Assembly (NCBI GenBank): GCA_017852395.1
Contig: JAFMLE010000007.1
Location: 16,101 to 80,100 of the forward strand
DNA length: 64,000 nt
Source of the DNA: Flavobacteriaceae bacterium
GTDB taxonomy: Bacteria > Bacteroidota > Bacteroidia > Flavobacteriales > Flavobacteriaceae
Direction of reading: 5' to 3'
In this document: positions 1-10,112 of the stretch, piece after piece
Position numbering within the stretch: position 1 is the first letter of the stretch
Layout of the letters: each line of letters opens with the position of its first letter
Made by a program: the position numbers and the translations under genes
The notes under the pieces: model-generated
What the model was told of the DNA's origin: nothing
Seen by the model: the letters and a program-made list of their open reading frames with translations, nothing else
Database searches by the model: none

Positions 1-384
1 TCCGCCTATAGAGCCACCAATAAGGGCATAGAGCTCCGAAATTCCAAGTTGGTCTAATCCCAATTTAAACAAAGTGGCAATATCACCAGCATGGAAATCT
101 TCGGGATGCTCAAAGGTTTGGTTGTAAAATCCATTGCCTGGAATGTTAAAGGCCAGAATCGCAAATTTGTTGGTGTCAATCGTCAGCCCTGGACCAATAA
201 CTTCATTCCACCAACCTGAAGGGCCACAAACATTAGAATCTCCGGTGAGCGAATGGTTGACTAAAATGACGGGGGCCTTGTCCCATTGCATTCCAAAATG
301 TTGGAAGTGTAAATCAATGGATTTGTAGGATGCACCATTATGGGTTACAAAATTAAGTATCGAAATGGTTTGAGCCCCTTGCAT
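1..384 (-). CDS. metX: homoserine O-acetyltransferase, N-terminal 128 codons (gene runs off the window start)
   Basis: Not in the ORF track because it is open at the window edge. Hand translation from the ATG at 384: MQGAQTISILNFVTHNGASYKSIDLHFQHFGMQWDKAPVILVNHSLTGDSNVCGPSGWWNEVIGPGLTIDTNKFAILAFNIPGNG... This is the typical MetX N-terminus (HxLTG, GWW..IGPG..DT). The start lies 2 nt after the metY stop. Confidence 0.8.
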   Translation of the reverse strand, partial: MQGAQTISILNFVTHNGASYKSIDLHFQHFGMQWDKAPVILVNHSLTGDSNVCGPSGWWNEVIGPGLTIDTNKFAILAFNIPGNGFYNQTFEHPEDFHAGDIATLFKLGLDQLGISELYALIGGSIGG

Positions 385-386
385 TG

Positions 387-1658
387 TTATAACTTTGAAA
401 AAGCGTTTTCTAAATCGGCTTTCAAATCTTCTATAGCTTCCAATCCTACTGATAGACGAATCAAATCTTGCGTAACTCCCGTAGTTTTTTGGGCAGCTTC
501 ATCAAGCTGCTGGTGGGTTGTACTAGCAGGATGTATGATGAGTGATTTTGTGTCTCCAATATTGGCCAATAAGGAGAATAGTTGGGTTTGATCAGCGACA
601 ATTTTTCCTCCCTCAAAGCCTTTTTTGAGCCCAAAAGTTACGATTCCACTTTGACCGTTCGGCAAATATTTTTGAGCCAATGCATGGTATTTGGAGGTTT
701 CTAAGCCAGGGTAGTTTACCCAAGCTACTGCCTTGTGCTGTGCAAGCCATTGCGCCAATTGAAGGGCATTTTCCGAATGCTTTTTCATACGGATTTCTAG
801 GGTTTCAATTCCTTGAATGGTCTGAAAACTGTTAAAGGGGCTCGGGGCACTTCCCAAATCACGTAAACCCTCAATGCGCACTTTTGCAATGAAAGCAATG
901 GCACCCAAGGCTTCGTGGTAATTGAGACCGTGATAACTGGGGTTGGGTGTTGTAAATTCTGGGAAATTGCCGTTGCTCCAATCAAAAGTCCCTGCATCGA
1001 TTATGACCCCGCCCAAAGCGGTTCCATTTCCTGTCAAATATTTGGTCAATGAATGGATAACGATATTGGCGCCATGCTCGATTGGATTGAGCAATGCAGG
1101 GCTGGCAACGGTGTTATCAACAATAAAGGGGACTTTGGCAATTTTTGCCTTATTGGCTATGGCCTTTAGATCGAGGACGTCTAATTTTGGGTTGCCTAGA
1201 GACTCTGCAAAAAAGGCACGGGTGTTCTTTTGCACGGCCTCTGAAAAATTATCTGGATTATCCGGATCTACAAATGTGGTCGTAATGCCAAAACGTGGCA
1301 ACGTATTGGCTAAAAGATTATACGTGCCACCATACAAACTATTGGAAGCAACGATATGATCGCCGGTTTTTAAAATAACCATCAAGGTTGTGGCAATTGC
1401 AGCCGTTCCGGATGCAGTAGCTACGGCAGCTACACCTCCTTCGAGAGCGGCTAAGCGCTGTTCTAGAACGTCGTTGGTTGGATTGTTTAGACGGGTGTAA
1501 ATATATCCCGATTCTGCCAAAGAAAAAAGATTGGCAGCGTGATCAGAATCTTTGAAGACATAAGAGGTTGTCTGATATATCGGAACCGCTTGTGTTCCTT
1601 GGGTATTGGCCGGGTCATGCCCAGCGTGAAGCGCTAGTGTAGATTTTTTGATGTTCAT
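387..1658 (-). CDS. metY: O-acetylhomoserine sulfhydrylase (PLP-dependent Cys/Met metabolism family)
   Basis: 423 aa. It carries the SLTKYLTGNG PLP-lysine motif and shows full-length resemblance to MetY/MetZ-type enzymes. The start overlaps the metK stop (ATGA at 1655-1658). Confidence 0.9.
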   Translation of the reverse strand: MNIKKSTLALHAGHDPANTQGTQAVPIYQTTSYVFKDSDHAANLFSLAESGYIYTRLNNPTNDVLEQRLAALEGGVAAVATASGTAAIATTLMVILKTGDHIVASNSLYGGTYNLLANTLPRFGITTTFVDPDNPDNFSEAVQKNTRAFFAESLGNPKLDVLDLKAIANKAKIAKVPFIVDNTVASPALLNPIEHGANIVIHSLTKYLTGNGTALGGVIIDAGTFDWSNGNFPEFTTPNPSYHGLNYHEALGAIAFIAKVRIEGLRDLGSAPSPFNSFQTIQGIETLEIRMKKHSENALQLAQWLAQHKAVAWVNYPGLETSKYHALAQKYLPNGQSGIVTFGLKKGFEGGKIVADQTQLFSLLANIGDTKSLIIHPASTTHQQLDEAAQKTTGVTQDLIRLSVGLEAIEDLKADLENAFSKL

Positions 1659-2911
1659 AATTTAAAGGTGTTTTTGATTTGGTTGATATGATCTAGTTTT
1701 TCCCAAGTGAAAAGCTCTACTTCTTTGGTGACTTTTCCGTTGTAGGGCGATTCGAAGGTCTTGGTTACGATACGAGGCTGACGCCCCATATGCCCATAAG
1801 AAGCGGTTTCGAGGTAAATTGGATTTCGCAATTTTAAACGGGTTTCGATTGCATAGGGGCTAAGGTCAAATATTGAGGTGATTTTATCTGCAATTGCACT
1901 ATCAGAAAGATCGACGTTTGCAGTTCCATAGGTATTTACAAAAACAGAGGTGGGTTGAGCTACACCAATCGCATAACTTAGCTGTACTAAAACTTCATCA
2001 GCAACACCGGCAGCAACAAGATTTTTGGCAATATGACGCGCAGCATACGCAGCGCTTCGGTCCACTTTACTCGGATCTTTGCCACTAAATGCACCTCCCC
2101 CATGTGCGCCTTTGCCTCCATAGGTATCCACAATAATTTTTCGACCGGTCAAGCCCGTGTCTCCATGCGGTCCCCCAATCACAAATTTTCCGGTGGGATT
2201 GATGTGGTAGGTGATCTGATCGTCAAACAGTTGTTGGATCGCTTGTGGCAACTGGGCCTTAACACGCGGTATCAGAATATGAATAATATCGGATTTGATT
2301 TTTTTGAGCATGGCATCGTCATCGGCATCAAAAGGATCGTGTTGCGTAGAAACAACAATCGTATCGATACGTATGGGTTGGTGTTGGTCGTTATACGCAA
2401 TTGTGACTTGCGATTTCGCGTCGGGCCTTAAGTAGGTGATAGCGTTGTTTTCTCTTCTAAGTTTGGCAAGTTCGGTAAGTATAAGATGCGACAAATCTAG
2501 GGCTAGTGGCATATAATTTTCGGTCTCATTGGTGGCATAGCCAAACATAAGCCCTTGGTCACCGGCACCTTGACTTTTTTTGTCTTGACGATCTACCCCT
2601 TGGTTGATGTCTTGCGATTGCTCGTGAATCAACGATATAACTCCACAAGAATCGCCACTAAACTGATAGGCTCCTTTTGTATAACCGATTGTATTGATGG
2701 TCTGTCGGGCAATATCTTGCACGTCGAGATACGTAGCACTTTTTACTTCTCCAGCCAAAACTACTTGGCCGGTAGTTACTAAAGTTTCGCAAGCCACCTT
2801 GCTTTCAGGGTCAAAAGCTAAAAAATGATCTAAAAGCGCATCACTAATTTGATCAGCGACTTTGTCTGGATGTCCTTCACTGACAGATTCTGAGGTAAAT
2901 AGATATGACAT
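1655..2911 (-). CDS. metK: S-adenosylmethionine synthase
   Basis: 418 aa. MetK signatures are present: ESVSEGHPDKVADQISD, GAGDQGLMFGYA, GGGAFSGKD. Confidence 0.97.
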   Translation of the reverse strand: MSYLFTSESVSEGHPDKVADQISDALLDHFLAFDPESKVACETLVTTGQVVLAGEVKSATYLDVQDIARQTINTIGYTKGAYQFSGDSCGVISLIHEQSQDINQGVDRQDKKSQGAGDQGLMFGYATNETENYMPLALDLSHLILTELAKLRRENNAITYLRPDAKSQVTIAYNDQHQPIRIDTIVVSTQHDPFDADDDAMLKKIKSDIIHILIPRVKAQLPQAIQQLFDDQITYHINPTGKFVIGGPHGDTGLTGRKIIVDTYGGKGAHGGGAFSGKDPSKVDRSAAYAARHIAKNLVAAGVADEVLVQLSYAIGVAQPTSVFVNTYGTANVDLSDSAIADKITSIFDLSPYAIETRLKLRNPIYLETASYGHMGRQPRIVTKTFESPYNGKVTKEVELFTWEKLDHINQIKNTFKL

Positions 2912-3014
2912 TATAAATTGCTTTGTGGTCGGATTTGACGAAGAACGGTCTCAAAGCAATACTGCTTTAGCATTTTTTATCGAGGTTGCAATCAGTCAAA
3001 TCCTTCCTCGTTGA
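2912..3014 (-). promoter_or_regulatory. structured 5' leader of metK-metY-metX, candidate SAM-responsive riboswitch (class unresolved)
   Basis: The leader is about 100 nt, running from the -7 box to the metK AUG. On the minus strand, CGAGG (3010-3006) pairs with CCUCG (2985-2981). GGAUUUGAC in the enclosed loop (3003-2995) is perfectly complementary to GUCAAAUCC (2939-2931), which lies 20 nt upstream of the AUG, so the topology is an H-type pseudoknot. There is also a hairpin AAAGCA-GUAU-UGCUUU (2968-2953). The motifs AUCAACGAGG, GCAACC and UGCUAAA recall conserved SAM-I elements, but there is no full match by eye. Confidence 0.35.
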
Positions 3015-3020
3015 TGGGTA

Positions 3021-3028
3021 CAAATATA
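3021..3028 (-). promoter_or_regulatory. Bacteroidota-type -7 promoter box TATATTTG for metK operon
   Basis: Exact match to TAnnTTTG on the minus strand, about 110 nt upstream of the metK ATG. Confidence 0.4.
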
Positions 3029-3162
3029 TAGATTCTTTTCTTATATGAAAAAATTTTCACCTTGGATCAATAATCTGAAAAGACTCCTTTTATCTTTAAA
3101 AAAATCCTATTACTTTGCAGGGACGTGAAAATCGTATATTTAAACATACACAAATCAGTCTA

Positions 3163-3777
3163 ATGCACATTGCTATTGCAGGAAATATAGGGTCCGGAAA
3201 GACCAGTCTAACCAACTTGCTTGCCAAACATTATAAATGGGAAGCCCATTTTGAAGACGTCATCGACAATCCCTATTTGGATGATTTTTATAATCATATG
3301 GAACGTTGGTCTTTTAACCTTCAGGTTTACTTTCTCAAAAGCCGATTTAAGCAACTCATTCAAATTCGTGAAAACGACCAGAATGTGATTCAAGATCGAA
3401 CCATCTATGAGGATTCAAATATTTTTGCACCCAACCTACATGCAATGGGATTGATGACCCGTAGGGATTTTGACAACTATCTTTCTCTTTTTGAATTGAT
3501 GGAAAATCTCATTAAAGGGCCTGACCTGTTGATTTATTTGCGATCAAGTATCCCAAATTTGGTAAACAAAATCCATAAGCGCGGACGGAGTTATGAAAAT
3601 ACGATTAGCATCGATTATCTAAGCCGTCTCAATGAGCGCTATGAGGCATGGATCTCTAGTTATGATAAGAGTCCTTTGCTTATTATTGATGTGGATGAAA
3701 TTGATTTTGTAGAAAATCCTGAAGATTTGGGGGCTATCATCCAACGGGTGGATGGAGCCACAAATGGTCTTTTTTAA
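3163..3777 (+). CDS. deoxynucleoside kinase (dAK/dGK/dCK family)
   Basis: P-loop IAIAGNIGSGKTS directly after the internal ATG at 3163; the track ORF starts at a TTG at 3115. ERS/DR motifs (QDRTIYED) are present. Length 204 aa. Confidence 0.85.
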   Translation: MHIAIAGNIGSGKTSLTNLLAKHYKWEAHFEDVIDNPYLDDFYNHMERWSFNLQVYFLKSRFKQLIQIRENDQNVIQDRTIYEDSNIFAPNLHAMGLMTRRDFDNYLSLFELMENLIKGPDLLIYLRSSIPNLVNKIHKRGRSYENTISIDYLSRLNERYEAWISSYDKSPLLIIDVDEIDFVENPEDLGAIIQRVDGATNGLF

Positions 3778-3781
3778 ATAA

Positions 3782-3810
3782 AAAAAGCGGCGCCAACAGT
3801 GCCGCTTTTT
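3782..3810. terminator. bidirectional intrinsic terminator between the kinase gene and hppA
   Basis: AAAAAGCGGC-gccaacagt-GCCGCTTTTT: a 10-bp perfect stem with an A-run on one side and a T-run on the other. Confidence 0.75.
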
Positions 3811-3830
3811 ACTTTTATCCCTTTGATAAA

Positions 3831-6209
3831 TTATTCTTTGATGATGGTCACTTGTGCATCGGCAACTTGATCCAATTTTGCAACCACCTCTTCTTCGGTA
3901 CCTTCAATAACGACCTCTGTATTGGTCGTTACGCCATCTTTAGAAGTTTCTGTAGTTGTTACTACGGCTTTCATCATACCTTCTTGAGCTGTAGCATCTA
4001 CCTCAACTGAAATTTGTTTATGATTGGCATGCATGGCATCACCGGTATCATGGTGACCGCCTAAAATCGGTGCAATTACCAAACCAACCAAACAGGTAAG
4101 TTTTATTAAAATATTCATTGACGGGCCAGAAGTATCTTTGAATGGATCTCCTACGGTGTCTCCAGTTACGGCTGCTTTATGTGCATCAGAACCTTTGTAG
4201 GTCATTTCGCCATTGATTTCTACACCAGCCTCAAAGGATTTTTTTGCATTGTCCCATGCTCCGCCAGCGTTGTTTTGAAAGATTGCCCATATAACTCCAG
4301 AAACGGTAACACCAGCCATATAACTTCCTAGCGCCTCTGCACCCATTACAAATCCAATGATCACAGGGGTAATGATGGTAATCAATCCTGGGACGATCAT
4401 TTCTTTTAATGCCGCTTTGGTAGAAATATCGACACATTTTCCATACTCAGGAGTACCTTCTCCTTCCATAATGCCCTTGATTTCTCTAAATTGACGGCGT
4501 ACTTCTTCAACCATTTCCATCGCAGCACGGCCAACAGCCTTCATTGCCAAAGCCGAAAAAACGACAGGAATCATTCCTCCAATAAAAAGAGCAGCGAGTA
4601 CATCGGCTTTAAAAATATTGATGCCATCAATACCAGTAAATGTCACATAGGCTGCAAAAAGTGCTAGTGCTGTTAGTGCCGCAGAAGCAATTGCAAATCC
4701 TTTACCCACCGCGGCGGTTGTATTACCTACCGAGTCTAAAATATCAGTGCGTTCACGGACTTCGTCTGGCAATTCACTCATTTCAGCGACACCACCTGCA
4801 TTGTCAGCAATGGGGCCAAAGGCATCGATTGCCAATTGCATGGCTGTAGTGGCCATCATGGCAGAAGCAGCAATAGCTACCCCATAGAATCCCGCCAAGG
4901 TATATGAACCCCAAATGGCAACCGCAAAAAGAATAATTGAACTTGCCGTAGAAATCATCCCAGTTGCTAGACCGGCAATAATGTTGGTTGCTGCACCTGT
5001 TGAAGAATTTTTAACAATATCTAAAACCGGTTTTTTACCTAAAGCAGTATAGTATTCTGTAAAATAAGAAATCAAATAGCCCACAGAAAGCCCAACGAGT
5101 GTTGCATAGAAAACATTTAATGAACTGATGTCGTGGGTTCCTTCACCAAAAAATCGCATTCCTACAATGGTTTCAGGAAGCATCCATTGGATTAAAAAGT
5201 ATCCAGCGACTGCCGTAATAAGAATAGAAGTAATATTTCCCGTATTTAGTGCACGTTGCACCTCCGCTTCTTTAGCATTATTATCAGATATACGAATCAA
5301 AAATGTGCCGATAATCGATGCGATAATTCCTACACCTGCTATGATCAGCGGTAAAAGAATGGGCCCCATGCCATTGAACGCATCCGAAAATTGGGTGCCC
5401 GTTGCGTCGGTCATGTCTTTGATGATATAATTACCCAATACCATAGAAGCCAAAACAGTAGCTACATAACTACCAAAAAGATCGGCTCCCATACCTGCAA
5501 CATCACCTACATTGTCTCCTACGTTGTCTGCAATAGTAGCAGGGTTGCGTGGATCGTCTTCAGGAATTCCTGCTTCTACCTTTCCGACCAAATCAGCACC
5601 TACATCAGCTGCCTTGGTGTAGATACCCCCACCAACGCGTGCAAAAAGTGCAATAGATTCGGCTCCTAAAGAAAAGCCTGCGAGGGCTTCAAGAACAATT
5701 GTCATGTTGTTGTAAAAGCTTCCGCTTTCGACCATAAACATGTTGATGAAAAGCAAAAAGAATAAGGAAAGTCCCAATACTGCAAGACCTGCAACACCGA
5801 GTCCCATAACTGTTCCGCCACCAAAAGAAACTTGAAGTGCTTTTGGAAGACTCTCACGAGCTGCTTGGGTTGTTCTTGAGTTAGATTCTGTTGCGATGCG
5901 CATTCCGATATTTCCAGCTAACGCAGAAAAAATAGCTCCAACAACAAAAGCTGGTATAATCATGATGCTGGTTGTTTCAACGGCATTTGCGATTAGAAAT
6001 AAAGCTACTGATGCCAATACGACAAATACGACCAACAGTCGGTATTCGGCATTGAGAAAAGCTAGTGCACCTTCTTTGATGCTTTTGGAGATGCTTTGCA
6101 TTTTTTCATTTCCTGCATCTTGCTTTCTTACCCAGCTGGCACGTATTAGCATATATACCAGTCCAATAATGGACAGTGCAATAGGGATCATTATAATATT
6201 CGCTTCCAT
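3831..6209 (-). CDS. hppA: membrane-integral (K+-dependent type) cation-translocating pyrophosphatase with a 76-aa C-terminal tail
   Basis: 792 aa. Contains [18 protein letters not shown] and [13 protein letters not shown]; the Ala in GNTTAA is the K+-dependent signature. It is multi-TM throughout. Confidence 0.95.
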   Translation of the reverse strand: MEANIIMIPIALSIIGLVYMLIRASWVRKQDAGNEKMQSISKSIKEGALAFLNAEYRLLVVFVVLASVALFLIANAVETTSIMIIPAFVVGAIFSALAGNIGMRIATESNSRTTQAARESLPKALQVSFGGGTVMGLGVAGLAVLGLSLFFLLFINMFMVESGSFYNNMTIVLEALAGFSLGAESIALFARVGGGIYTKAADVGADLVGKVEAGIPEDDPRNPATIADNVGDNVGDVAGMGADLFGSYVATVLASMVLGNYIIKDMTDATGTQFSDAFNGMGPILLPLIIAGVGIIASIIGTFLIRISDNNAKEAEVQRALNTGNITSILITAVAGYFLIQWMLPETIVGMRFFGEGTHDISSLNVFYATLVGLSVGYLISYFTEYYTALGKKPVLDIVKNSSTGAATNIIAGLATGMISTASSIILFAVAIWGSYTLAGFYGVAIAASAMMATTAMQLAIDAFGPIADNAGGVAEMSELPDEVRERTDILDSVGNTTAAVGKGFAIASAALTALALFAAYVTFTGIDGINIFKADVLAALFIGGMIPVVFSALAMKAVGRAAMEMVEEVRRQFREIKGIMEGEGTPEYGKCVDISTKAALKEMIVPGLITIITPVIIGFVMGAEALGSYMAGVTVSGVIWAIFQNNAGGAWDNAKKSFEAGVEINGEMTYKGSDAHKAAVTGDTVGDPFKDTSGPSMNILIKLTCLVGLVIAPILGGHHDTGDAMHANHKQISVEVDATAQEGMMKAVVTTTETSKDGVTTNTEVVIEGTEEEVVAKLDQVADAQVTIIKE

Positions 6210-6281
6210 AAAGAGATTTTAAATTTTTGCGGCGTAAAAGTAATCAAACACCGAAGATTAGAAAAATAGTTGTTGTTTCGA

Positions 6282-7265
6282 TTATGAATTTCGATAGGTT
6301 ACTTTTTTTACTGCTTTGATCACGTCATCGCTATTGGGCAACCATTCTTTGAGAAGAACGGGTGAATAGGGTGCGGGGGTATCGGCAGTATTTATCTTTT
6401 CTACAGGGGCATCTAGATAATCAAACAGGGTGTTTTGAACCTGATAGGTGATTTCTGTTGATACATTTCCAAATGGCCATGCCTCTTCTAAGATTACCAA
6501 ACGGTTGGTTTTTTTGACCGATTCATAGATGGTGTTATAGTCCAAAGGCCGTACAGTTCTTAGGTCGATAATTTCACATTCGATTCCTTCTTTTGCCAAT
6601 TGCTCTGCAGCAATGAAGGCTTCTTTGATGATTTTTCCAAAAGAAACGATGGTTACATCATCTCCTTTTCTTTTGATATCTGCTACCCCAATGGGCAAGG
6701 TATATTCGCCTTCTGGCACTTCGCCTTTGTCGCCATACATTTGCTCAGATTCCATAAAAATCACTGGGTCATTGTCTCTAATGGCGGATTTTAGGAGCCC
6801 TTTAGCATCGTAGGGATTTGATGGAACAATCACTTTAAGTCCGGGGCAGTTGGCATACCAACTTTCAAACGCTTGGGAGTGTGTTGCTGCCAATTGACCG
6901 GCAGAGCCCGTTGGTCCACGAAAGACAATGGGACAAGGAAATTGTCCTCCGGACATTTGTCGAATTTTTGCTGCATTATTGATGATTTGATCGATACCGA
7001 CCAAGGCAAAGTTAAAGGTCATAAATTCGATAATTGGACGGTTGCCAGTCATGGTAGAACCTACGCCTATACCTGCAAAACCCAATTCTGAAATAGGGGT
7101 GTCTAAAACACGATCGGGACCAAACTCATCGAGCATTCCTTTGGACGCTTTATAAGCACCATTGTATTCTGCCACTTCCTCACCCATAAGATAGATGGAG
7201 GCATCGCGACGCATTTCTTCGGACATGGCTTCTGCAATGGCTTCTCTAAATTGAATTGTTTTCAT
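6282..7265 (-). CDS. pyruvate/2-oxoacid dehydrogenase E1 component beta subunit
   Basis: 327 aa. Matches the E1-beta pattern (MGEEVAEYNGAYKASKGMLDEFGPDRVLDTPISE) and has a transketolase-like C-terminal domain. Confidence 0.85.
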   Translation of the reverse strand: MKTIQFREAIAEAMSEEMRRDASIYLMGEEVAEYNGAYKASKGMLDEFGPDRVLDTPISELGFAGIGVGSTMTGNRPIIEFMTFNFALVGIDQIINNAAKIRQMSGGQFPCPIVFRGPTGSAGQLAATHSQAFESWYANCPGLKVIVPSNPYDAKGLLKSAIRDNDPVIFMESEQMYGDKGEVPEGEYTLPIGVADIKRKGDDVTIVSFGKIIKEAFIAAEQLAKEGIECEIIDLRTVRPLDYNTIYESVKKTNRLVILEEAWPFGNVSTEITYQVQNTLFDYLDAPVEKINTADTPAPYSPVLLKEWLPNSDDVIKAVKKVTYRNS

Positions 7266-7285
7266 CTACTAAGTCAAATTGTGTG

Positions 7286-7293
7286 CAAATTTA
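7286..7293 (-). promoter_or_regulatory. -7 promoter box TAAATTTG for the E1-beta gene
   Basis: Exact TAnnTTTG on the minus strand, 21 nt upstream of the ATG at 7265. Confidence 0.4.
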
Positions 7294-7416
7294 ACCATTT
7301 ATCCCATAAATTAAGCATCTTTGACAAGAGGTTTTACACATTGCCAAACCTTTCTTTTGTAAATTGCCACGCACTAATACGCTGTTTATTGCGTTATTAA
7401 AGTCTAATCAACAACC

Positions 7417-8037
7417 ATGAAGCTAATTCAGCTCGACATCAAAGGAATCTCTTACAGTGAAACACAGTCGGGCACCTATGCTCTTATTTTAAATGAAACA
7501 AAAGGCGATCGCAAACTACCAATTGTAATTGGAGGGTTTGAGGCTCAAGCAATCGCGATCGCATTAGATAAAGACATCAAACCTTCAAGACCACTGACAC
7601 ATGATTTGTTTAAATCTTTTGCGCTGCGCTTTGAAATCATTGTCAAACAGGTAATAATTCACAAACTGGTGGACGGCGTTTTCTATTCGAGTCTGATTTG
7701 CGAACACAACAAAATTGAGGAAATAATTGATGCCCGAACATCCGATGCCATTGCTATGGCGCTTCGGTTTGATGCGCCAATATACACCTATGACTCCATA
7801 CTAACACGGGCGGGCTTTACCTCTACCGTACCTCCCGAAGAAGATGCTAAAGAAACCGGTGAAAACTGGACCAAAGAATGGAGCGCATCCAACATCAAAA
7901 AAAATGAATTGCCCAACAGTCTCAAGCACGTATCGGTCAGTAAATTGAAAAACCTGCTGAAAAAATTTGTAGCAGCAGAAGATTACGAAAAAGCAGCCAT
8001 AATTAGAGACGAAATATCCCGCAGGAAAGACGCCTAG
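7417..8037 (+). CDS. bifunctional nuclease family (DUF151) protein with C-terminal UVR motif
   Basis: Contains LPIVIGGFEAQAIAIAL and RPLTHDL motifs. The C-terminal AAEDYEKAAIIRDEISRRK resembles the UvrB/UvrC UVR domain. Confidence 0.75.
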   Translation: MKLIQLDIKGISYSETQSGTYALILNETKGDRKLPIVIGGFEAQAIAIALDKDIKPSRPLTHDLFKSFALRFEIIVKQVIIHKLVDGVFYSSLICEHNKIEEIIDARTSDAIAMALRFDAPIYTYDSILTRAGFTSTVPPEEDAKETGENWTKEWSASNIKKNELPNSLKHVSVSKLKNLLKKFVAAEDYEKAAIIRDEISRRKDA

Positions 8038-8122
8038 ACTGTTAATCTTTTCTTGAAAACTATTCAGGAAATTGTGTTGTGAAAATCTCCGTTCATGGTA
8101 TTTTAGAACTTCAAATTGAAGT

Positions 8123-8947
8123 ATGAAACAATACCTAGACCTTATTAAGCATATTCAAGAAAATGGCACCCTCAAAACCGACCGAACAGGAACGGGTACT
8201 AAAAGTGTTTTTGGCTATCAAATGCGTTTTGACCTGCGTGATGGATTTCCATTGGTGACCACCAAAAAAATTCATGTTAAATCTGTGATTCATGAGTTAC
8301 TCTGGTTTATAAAAGGAGATACAAACATTGGATACTTACAAGAAAATGGGGTGCGGATTTGGAACGAGTGGGCAGACGACCAGGGCAACCTAGGGCCTGT
8401 ATACGGGCACCAGTGGCGCAACTGGAACAGCGATGGGATTGATCAGATTGAAGAAGTTATACAGACCCTAAAAACCAATCCTGACAGTCGACGCATGCTC
8501 GTCTCAGCGTGGAATCCTGGGGTATTGCCCGACACATCCAAAAGTTTTGCTGCCAATGTTGCAAACAACAAAGCTGCACTACCACCTTGCCATGCTTTTT
8601 TTCAATTTTATGTAGCAGACAACAAACTGTCTTGTCAACTCTATCAGAGAAGTGCCGATGTTTTTCTAGGAGTACCCTTCAATATTGCCTCCTATGCCCT
8701 ACTCACTATGATGGTTGCCCAAGTTTGTGGATACCAAGCTGGAGATTTTGTTCATACTTTTGGCGATGCACATATCTATGCCAACCATGAGGAGCAAATT
8801 GCAACGCAGCTGACTCGAAAACCCAAACCACTTCCTGTGATGAAGCTCAATCCAAACATCACATCCATTTTTGACTTTACATACGAAGATTTTACACTCG
8901 AAAACTACGACCCTCACCCTTTAATCAAAGGTAAGGTGGCGGTCTAA
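8123..8947 (+). CDS. thyA: thymidylate synthase
   Basis: 274 aa. Contains DRTGTGT, the active-site [12 protein letters not shown], and [18 protein letters not shown]. Confidence 0.97.
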   Translation: MKQYLDLIKHIQENGTLKTDRTGTGTKSVFGYQMRFDLRDGFPLVTTKKIHVKSVIHELLWFIKGDTNIGYLQENGVRIWNEWADDQGNLGPVYGHQWRNWNSDGIDQIEEVIQTLKTNPDSRRMLVSAWNPGVLPDTSKSFAANVANNKAALPPCHAFFQFYVADNKLSCQLYQRSADVFLGVPFNIASYALLTMMVAQVCGYQAGDFVHTFGDAHIYANHEEQIATQLTRKPKPLPVMKLNPNITSIFDFTYEDFTLENYDPHPLIKGKVAV

Positions 8948-9993
8948 AGCAGTTCTAAAAATCGATCGACTTCTTCTTTGGTATTATAATAATGTACCGA
9001 TACACGAATTCCGTTACCCCTCAATGAACAGCGTACCCCGTGTGCTTGCAACGCATCAAAATCATTCTGGTTGCCTCTAATGTTGAAGATTGAGGAGTGG
9101 TGTGTTCGCTCTTTTATAAGCGGCAGCAAAACGGCTCGTTTCTGAAGTTGATCCTTGAGATAAAGGGCCAGCTGATCCTTCTGTTTCAACAATTCTGAAA
9201 AACCCCATTGCTGCAACTGATTTACTGCAAATGCAATTGAGGCTGTTCCTAAGAAATTGAAATGACCTGCATAAATTTTATCCCAAAAATAGTTGTAGTC
9301 GGTTTTTGTTTTTTCAAAAAATAAAGATGATACACAGGCAAAACCAGAATTGAATCCCGCCAATAACCATTTATAACCACTGCCAACCACAAGATCTATG
9401 GGCGCATTGCGAAACGAAAAAGCCACCGTACCCATCCATTGGGTAGCATCTACAATAATTAACAACTCGGGATGCGCTTTTTTAATCGCACGAAGTGCTT
9501 CCATATCAAACAACAAACCACTGGTGTATTGCACCATGCTCAATGCCAAAACATCGTAGTTTTTTTGTCCTAATCGTTCTTGAACGTTTGCTTCTACATG
9601 TGCATCGATCGCCACATAATCTATATCAAAAACGTTTTCTGAAAACGCATCTACCAAAGAAGGATAGTCTTCTTTCAGCAAAAGGACCTTAGATGTAGGT
9701 GGCAATTGTTGCAAAAAGTAACGAATACCCGTGGTAAAATTAGAAACCAAGTAGGTTTGAGAAATCGAGGCTCCCAGAAAATCAGCTACCGTTTGTGTAT
9801 TGTTTTGCAATTGATCGTACGCCTCGATTTTAAAAAGATCAGCCTTTTCAAAATAGTCCTGCTCCAAGGTTTTTCTATACTCGAGTAGTGGTCGCGATAG
9901 TGGTCCTACATAAGCAGTGTTTAGATAAATAGATTGCTCTAAAACAGGGAAAAATTGTCTCATTTGTGGTAGAAAGGGTATATTTGGCGTCAA
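8944..9993 (-). CDS. aminotransferase class V-fold PLP-dependent enzyme
   Basis: 349 aa. SGYKWL is a candidate PLP-lysine motif, and the overall pattern is cysteine desulfurase/isopenicillin-N epimerase-like. Its stop codon overlaps the thyA stop (CTAA at 8944-8947). Confidence 0.7.
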   Translation of the reverse strand: MTPNIPFLPQMRQFFPVLEQSIYLNTAYVGPLSRPLLEYRKTLEQDYFEKADLFKIEAYDQLQNNTQTVADFLGASISQTYLVSNFTTGIRYFLQQLPPTSKVLLLKEDYPSLVDAFSENVFDIDYVAIDAHVEANVQERLGQKNYDVLALSMVQYTSGLLFDMEALRAIKKAHPELLIIVDATQWMGTVAFSFRNAPIDLVVGSGYKWLLAGFNSGFACVSSLFFEKTKTDYNYFWDKIYAGHFNFLGTASIAFAVNQLQQWGFSELLKQKDQLALYLKDQLQKRAVLLPLIKERTHHSSIFNIRGNQNDFDALQAHGVRCSLRGNGIRVSVHYYNTKEEVDRFLELL

Positions 9994-10112
9994 AAATACT
10001 CCAATTCAAAAAGAGAAAACGAAAAACGTTGTTAAAATTCCTGATTGAAACCCCTTTGGAACATCAAACACTCAATAAAAATCTTTTAGAAGCGGCAGAC
10101 GAAGTAGCACTT

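Noticed and set aside
3115-3162. N-terminal extensions of track ORFs. The track start and the internal start I used instead are: 3115 to 3163, 9966 to 10113, 25827 to 25791, 30622 to 30631, 33116 to 33149, 37811 to 37925, 39758 to 39803, 44784 to 44730, 44832 to 44970, 48924 to 48885, 50899 to 50944, 53960 to 53945.
   Set aside because: The extensions start at TTG or overlap upstream genes or terminators. They precede an ATG that restores the canonical N-terminus (P-loop, signal peptide or lipobox, or the conserved first residues). The trimmed starts are still estimates.
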